A stretch of DNA of 51,897 bases from Vitrella brassicaformis CCMP3155. Taxonomy: Eukaryota; Protista; Chromerida. Below are positions 46,337 through 51,897 of this stretch, piece by piece (the first letter of the stretch is position 1; every line of letters begins with the position of its first letter). Position numbers and translations under genes: made by a program. The DNA lies in assembly GCA_001179505.1 (NCBI GenBank), contig CDMY01000558.1, positions 1-51,897 of the forward strand. Reading direction: 5' to 3'. The notes beneath the pieces were generated by a model. The model saw nothing but the letters and a program-made list of their open reading frames with translations. It had not been told where the DNA came from and searched no databases.

Positions 46337-48740
46337 ATCAATGTGCGCAAGAGGGGGGATGGTGCTCCGCCGGCAGTGGATGTCACGGCACCCACCAAGA
46401 TCATGTCTCTGCTGCCGTATGCCGACACGCTGATTGTGGACGGCATTCGCATCCGACCGCACAACCTCATCATGCACCAGCGCGTGTGGCGTTACGGCCT
46501 GGAGTTTCCCTATTTCGAGTACGCCACCGTCGACGCCAACGACTTCTGGCTGCTCGGAGGGGGGCTGGGCGTGTCCCTGGGCAACCTGACCGTCAGTGAC
46601 GCGCCGGTGGCCTTCCAGCCGCACTTAGGCAATGTGCCGACTGCCGAGCAGGTCGAGCTGCAGTACTACAACGTGCCGGACTCGTTCATCAAGTAAGTCG
46701 GACACCAGACAGACGACACACAGATTGAGGGAGGGGTGCCCGTCGCTCATGTGTGTCTCCCTGTGTCGTTGTGTGTTCCTACAGGTACACCCGAGGTCCT
46801 GATGGCATGCCCCAGCGCGTGATCTTCGACCGCCGCGACCAGCCCCCGTTCCTGCGTGGCGCACTCAAGTTCGTCGATGCGGGGGCCAGCGTCACGGTGC
46901 CTGACGGCTACGTCGCCGAAGGCACCGTGCTGCTCGATGGCGGCATGCGGGGCGAGCGGGTCGGCGGCTTCCGCCACAGCACGTGCACCTGGTGGATGCC
47001 ATCTCTCGCCCACTTCAGCAGGGTCGAGGTCACCATCATCCGCCAGGACGACATCACGGCCAAGAAGAAGGCCAAGGCGGACCGCACGCGGCGGATGTTG
47101 CCAGTGGCCGAAGGCGAGGAGCTAGCCGCCGATTCTGAGGAGGACGAGCCAACCCACGCCGCCGCCGCCAGTGCCGCCCCCGCCCCAGCCTGTGTGAGCG
47201 AGAACATGAGCTCGGACCCACCTGCAGCTGCTAGGCCCGGTCATGCCAATCATGGGCATTCTGGGTGAGGGCAAGTTCGCCACCACATACCAAGTCCGCC
47301 TTGACGGGCGCCCCGTTGCCGCCAAGACCTTCCTACTGCCGTCCCCGGAGGAGACTGTCCTGATGGCCAACATAGAGAGGGAGCGGCTGGCGATGGTGCA
47401 GGAGGCCGTCGAGGGGATGAAGCACCCGCCATTCGTCCGACTGCTCGAGGAGGGGACGACCACCGACCGTCTGAAGCCCGCGTGCCTGTATGAGGGCCCG
47501 AGCATGAGAAAGTGCCTCGTCGTCTGCATGGAGGAGCTGCCGAGTGAGCAGGAGAGAGAGAGGGGGAGGGAGGGAGGGAGGGATGTTGGCTATTTTCCTT
47601 TTTTTTGTCTGTGCAGAGGGCCAGTGGGTGCCGCTTTACGACTACGTCGAAGACAACGACCTGTACAGAATCCTCTTCCGCCACCAAGGCAAGACCAGGG
47701 AAGCGCACGAGGGCATCCGCAGGGAGCTCCAGCAGCTCATCAAGGCCTTCATCATGGCCTACCGCGCCCACCACTCGTCTCTGCTGCTGCGAGGCGGCAG
47801 GCGGGGCTGGACGAGGGCAGGAGGATGATCGACAAGGTCGACGAGCAAGCTTGACAGAAGAAGGTATATATGGATGGAGGAAGCAAGATAATAAACGCTC
47901 ATTTCTGCCTGCGTCTCTCTCTGGCTGGGTGGTGTGCAGATCGCTGGCTACATTCTATATTCGATCGAGGCCGATGACGACTTGAATCCCAGTGCATCGT
48001 GTAGCCGTTTTCACGTCGAAGGTGAGCTGTTGAAATATGCTATACTGATCAACTCGCGTGTACGTGTCTCCTCTCTGTGTGCAGAAGGGTCCCTGGCTGC
48101 ATCTCATATCTGCGGACTTATACGCCTGCGAGGCGCCTACTTCATCCGCGTCTGCGCCCGGCGGCCCGGCAGGTACGAAAGTGAGGGAGAAAGGAAGACG
48201 CTGTAGGCATTTCATCGTGTCTCTTTTCGTCTGTGTGCTAACGCCCGGCGGCCCCCGAGAGACGTATGTGCAGTTGGCCAAGCTGCACGACGACTACGGA
48301 CCCCAGGAAGACGACTACGGACCAACCAAGTGCATTTCTTGCAAAGGTTCATCTGCACACACACAAGGGACTTGTTTCGCTGTGTGGGTCTTTTCGATTT
48401 GCAGATGCACTTCGACGATATCGACATTGAGAAGAACACGATGTCGAGGGCACGAGAGAGCTGCCGGTGAGCAACATGACACATACACACACATACGGGA
48501 GACGCACAATGTGTGTGTGTGTGGGTATGTCAACATCACGCTGTCAGTCAACATCACGCTCTCCATGCTGCACGTCCACCGCCACCATCAGCTCACACAC
48601 GAGGATGTTGTGTGTCGCAGCGATCTCATTTTGGTATCGTTGCCTACAGTTTATATCAGTTGGCATGTGACTCGGATTCTCATCGATCAGTGGAGATGAA
48701 ACGAGACATCGACACATTGACCAAGAAGCAACAGCTCTGA
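46337..48740 (+). pseudogene. Probably degenerate multi-exon gene: unknown N-terminal domain followed by a protein-kinase-like N-lobe
   Basis: The first exon begins at an acceptor (gtacag, 46336) with no 5' exon before the breakpoint. ILGEGKFATTYQV..VAAK (Gly loop and Lys) lies in a different frame from the upstream exon (shift near 47235). A further shift and TGA occur near 47810-47855. No clear HRD/DFG was found. Confidence 0.5.
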
Positions 48741-48984
48741 GTCAATCTTGTTCTCTCTACGCACACGTGTGACACGCCACCCACCAGACTACACGAGGTG
48801 CTCCATAGCAGCAATACTCCACATACGCGGCCATGAACCTCTCCTTAGGCAGTAGATCCAACCACGCCTTTCCAGCGTCTTGATGTCGTTGGGTGTGGGT
48901 GAGCCTCTCTCACCCGGTCAACTATCACCAACACGGCCAAACCACGCACACCGTCCCCCAGCTAGTCAAGTAGTGCATAGAGCC

Positions 48985-51574
48985 CTACGGTACGACCACC
49001 ACCACGACTCTACGGCTCTCCACTACGTCCCCATGGCTGCCCACCGTCGCCCTCTCCAGCCAATCATTCGCACTCGACAAGGACACATAGTCAGCCTCCC
49101 TCCACCACTGCTGCAAGTCGACACGCACCCCTGCACCTTCCTTGTCCGTCGATGGCTCGTCTTTTGTGGCCTCCTCGTCTTTTGGGGCCTCCTGCGGCTG
49201 GTCAGCAGTCGAGGGGACAAGGGCGGCCATGATCCTGCGGACGGCTGACAGCGTCAAGAGGCCATCTATCGACGACTCAGCTGCATGCCGAGGGTCCACC
49301 GGCGGGTCGCTCGACGAAGAAGAGGGCATCTCGTCACTTGACGGCGAAGGACGAGTCCACTCCCCCCAGCCGACAAAGCGGAGCTTCGCTGCTGGGCGTG
49401 ATGCCGGTGTCGTGGGCGCCAGCTGAGGTGTTGCCATCGACCTGGCCGACTGCTCGCCTTCCGTCAAAAAGTCAGGAAGGGACATGTCGACCCAAATCTC
49501 CACACTCAAGACGCTCCTCACGGCATCTTCATCCGTCATCGCCGCGCGCGCTCGATCCTTCAGGGCACCAGCAAGCCCGTCGATTGCCGCAAAGCCCTCC
49601 AGCCGCACTTGCAGCAGTTGCAGTGACGGAGGCAAGGCGATGTGTCGCACTGCATGCCCGTCTGTCACTGGGGCACCGCGGAGGTCCATCCATCTTAGCA
49701 TGCAGGGGACCGTCAGCACAGGGGTGCGAAGAAGACGCCCCCGCGTCGCTGGCTGCAGCGGGGTGAAGAGGCCCTGGACCGATCGATGACTCGTGGCAAA
49801 GCTGCGCAGCTGAGGGCCCAAGACGTGCATCGACTCGAGCATTGACGGCGGAGCCAGCCATGGGGATGTCCAGAAGCGACGGCTGGGCAGCGGGTCCTTG
49901 TCGGTCGGCTTGGGGTCTTTCTTCTTGTCGAGAGGGACTGGTGACGGGGGGTCGTGGCTGTCAGTCGCCTCATGCAGGTTGATGAAGTTGGCACACGGCT
50001 GGGACAGGTAGAGGCGACGCAGCGACACCTTCCAGCTCTCGGACCAGTACTGCAAGCAACAGGCAATCAGGTAGACAGACACAAATGGCATACGAATCAG
50101 ATGTGACACGCATTCGTGTGTGGGTAAATGCCTTACCAGTCTCCTTCTGCCGTTCATGGCCGTGTCGCCCTGCAGGTCCAGGTCAGCAGACAGCAGGTCC
50201 TCCAGCTCCCCATCCGCCGCAACATCCATACCCGCCGTGCCACATCCGCCCACTCCGCCACCCACTTGCAGGTCCAGCAGCAGCTCCTTCACGGCCGGAA
50301 ACATGTTGGCCAATGCCACAAATCCGCCGTCGCCGATACGTGCGCGAGAGAGGCCGAGTGTGTGCAGCGCTGCGTGACTCTGGTACTGCACGGCAGCCGA
50401 GCGCCTGGCAGTGGGCGAGACGGTCTTGTGAGTGGAGCGGAGGATGTCCAGGGCATCGATTGGTCGGAAGTAGAAGTGGCTCAGGAAGAGCGTGTGTAGC
50501 CGAGGGAAGGGGAACGACCCTCTCACACACTTCGACGAGCCGGAAGGGCCCGCCGCGGCGGTGCTCGCCTCAGCTGCATCGCCCGCTGCAAGTCGCTGGG
50601 TGCGGAATATCGCCCGCAAGAGCATGGCCAAATCGAGCTCTCTCGACCCCGTCTCCAGTGCTAGCTCCTCGAGGAGCGGCAGCTGCGTGAGAAGGCAACA
50701 CTCGTTGTTCCTCTGCAGCGATATGTCCACGTTGAGGAGATGCAGGCACTGGAGCGAAGAACACGACCACAGCACTGGAACGAAGGTGGGGAGTGACAGG
50801 CTCTCGCCGGAGACCAGGTTCTTCCGCCAGATGAACGTCTTGAGGCCGAAGGGGGTAGGGGACGGGGGGACGGATGACGACTGGCAAACGTAGGGCATGG
50901 AGCAGCGACTGATCTCCAGCTGCTGGAGCGAAGGGGTTCGCGAGGGATTGAAGTAGGTCGTCAGATCCGGCGACACCTGTGGCCACAAAAAAGGACAAAG
51001 GTAATGAGAACACTCCTCCCTCGTTGCCTGAGCGTTTCGCCTCTCTCACCTGGACGAAGTGGCTGATGGTCACCGACTGGAGCTGCCTGCCCACATCGCT
51101 GCCAATGATGACCGCCCGAAGCACCGCCGTCGCCACAGCAGGGTACACCCTCTCATCAGGGTCCAGCACAAACGACCCGAAAGTCGACTGCGCCCACGGC
51201 GACTCACGGATGACCGTCCAAGGGTCGTACCCAGCCATGTCGAGCGACCAAGATGACCCATCTCCATTGTTGTCGAGCAGTCGAGGGAAGCTCTCCACGA
51301 CAGTCTCCACCTGCTGCTCGCACTTGATGCGCGTCCGTCGGTCATTCATGCGGAAGTTCAACAGCGCCACTCGATGGCACTTGCTTAAAATCTGCTGCAG
51401 CAGGGGCGATGGGTGCCGGTCGCACTTGACGGGCAGATTGAGTGCTGAGGCCTTGAGGAGTGGCACGCGGGACCATATGGGCCTGACGAGAGTGAAGGCC
51501 GTCTTCTCGGGGCGTGTGAGCTGGTCATAGATCGGCAGCAGGAGCTCGGGGCTGTCCAACACTGCTGCATCCAT
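48985..51574 (-). CDS. F-box-like / leucine-rich-repeat protein
   Basis: N-terminal VLDSPELLLPIYDQL..TLVRPIWSRV is F-box-like. LRR-type units: LQQLEIS, LQCLHLLN, LEELALE, LHTLFLS, LHTLGLS, LRRLYLS, LRWMDLR. Two predicted introns (~50066-50152, ~50991-51049). Confidence 0.65.
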
Positions 51575-51654
51575 TGCGGCAGGTCGCTGGCCCTCTTCCC
51601 TTCTCCCCGCAAGCTCAGATCTTCAGCCAAGCTTGCAAATGGCTCGCACTCACG

Positions 51655-51897
51655 ATGCCTCGCATCTCCAGCCCGAAGACCCAGGACAGGAAGCCTGGCA
51701 TCTCTGAAAGCACCACAAATGAAAGCCAAAACGACTCAGATTGGCGAGGCCTCGAGGTGATAGCTGTCGGTCTGCCACGCACGGGCACGCTGAGCCTCAA
51801 GGCTGCACTCGAGGCGCTCGGCATCTCCAGCCTCCACGTGTACGATATCGAGCGGCAGCCCAAGTTGGCGGAGCTGTGGCGGAAAATCGCTGAAGAT
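51655..51897 (+). CDS. Sulfotransferase-family gene copy 2, 5' part (runs off the window end)
   Basis: MPRISSPKTQDRKPGISESTTNESQNDSDWRGLEVIAVGLPRTGTLSLKAALEALG... It is the inverted counterpart of 45988-46227, with two substitutions seen. Confidence 0.85.
   Translation, partial: MPRISSPKTQDRKPGISESTTNESQNDSDWRGLEVIAVGLPRTGTLSLKAALEALGISSLHVYDIERQPKLAELWRKIAED

Noticed and set aside
46269-48330. CRISPR-like arrays (12-bp repeat; GACGACTACGGACC x2 near 48290-48325)
   Set aside because: Too short, no unique spacers, no cas genes, and the context is eukaryotic.
46228-51654. A foldback or Pack-type transposon bounded by terminal inverted repeats
   Set aside because: The inverted arms are copies of a spliced host gene. 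No transposase, terminal motif or TSD is visible.
1-51897. tRNA, rRNA or snRNA genes
   Set aside because: No cloverleaf, A/B-box pair or conserved rRNA segment was recognised by eye. tRNAscan-SE or Infernal would be needed to exclude them.

Overview
GC-rich, intron-rich eukaryotic genomic DNA with five 300-N scaffold gaps. Short GT-AG introns full of (CA)n/(TG)n tracts, bipartite plastid-type leaders (fibrillin, DUF760), a MORN protein and a divergent TLDc domain point to a photosynthetic alveolate, probably Vitrella brassicaformis or a related chromerid (inference; no database search was possible). I reconstructed about 16 spliced genes or gene relics by hand, most in head-to-head pairs: an eEFSec-like relic, RNASEK/V-ATPase subunit f, PAP-fibrillin, NUS1, a secreted LNR-EGF-mucin-TLDc protein, a large Myb protein, adenine deaminase, a MORN protein, a Cys-rich protein, a coiled-coil protein, a renalase-like oxidoreductase, a TrmA/RlmD-family protein, DUF760, Mpv17/PMP22, two inverted sulfotransferase-family copies, a kinase-like relic and an F-box/LRR protein. 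A 6.4-kb block of degenerate RLE-type (CRE-like) non-LTR retrotransposon sequence sits between the renalase-like and TrmA-like genes. Best leads: (1) the RlmD/TrmA paralogue keeps its Fe-S and SAM motifs but lacks the catalytic Cys, Glu and Gln; (2) introns with 5' CA and 3' TG tracts that could pair; (3) a recurrent MAGCTCGC motif in 5' regions; (4) the retroelement block, with a candidate TSD; (5) a secreted TLDc architecture; (6) an inverted gene duplicate whose ATG block has been swapped out; (7) a hAT-like excision footprint. No rRNA, tRNA or CRISPR array was seen. Family calls come from remembered motifs, and exon boundaries are manual predictions.
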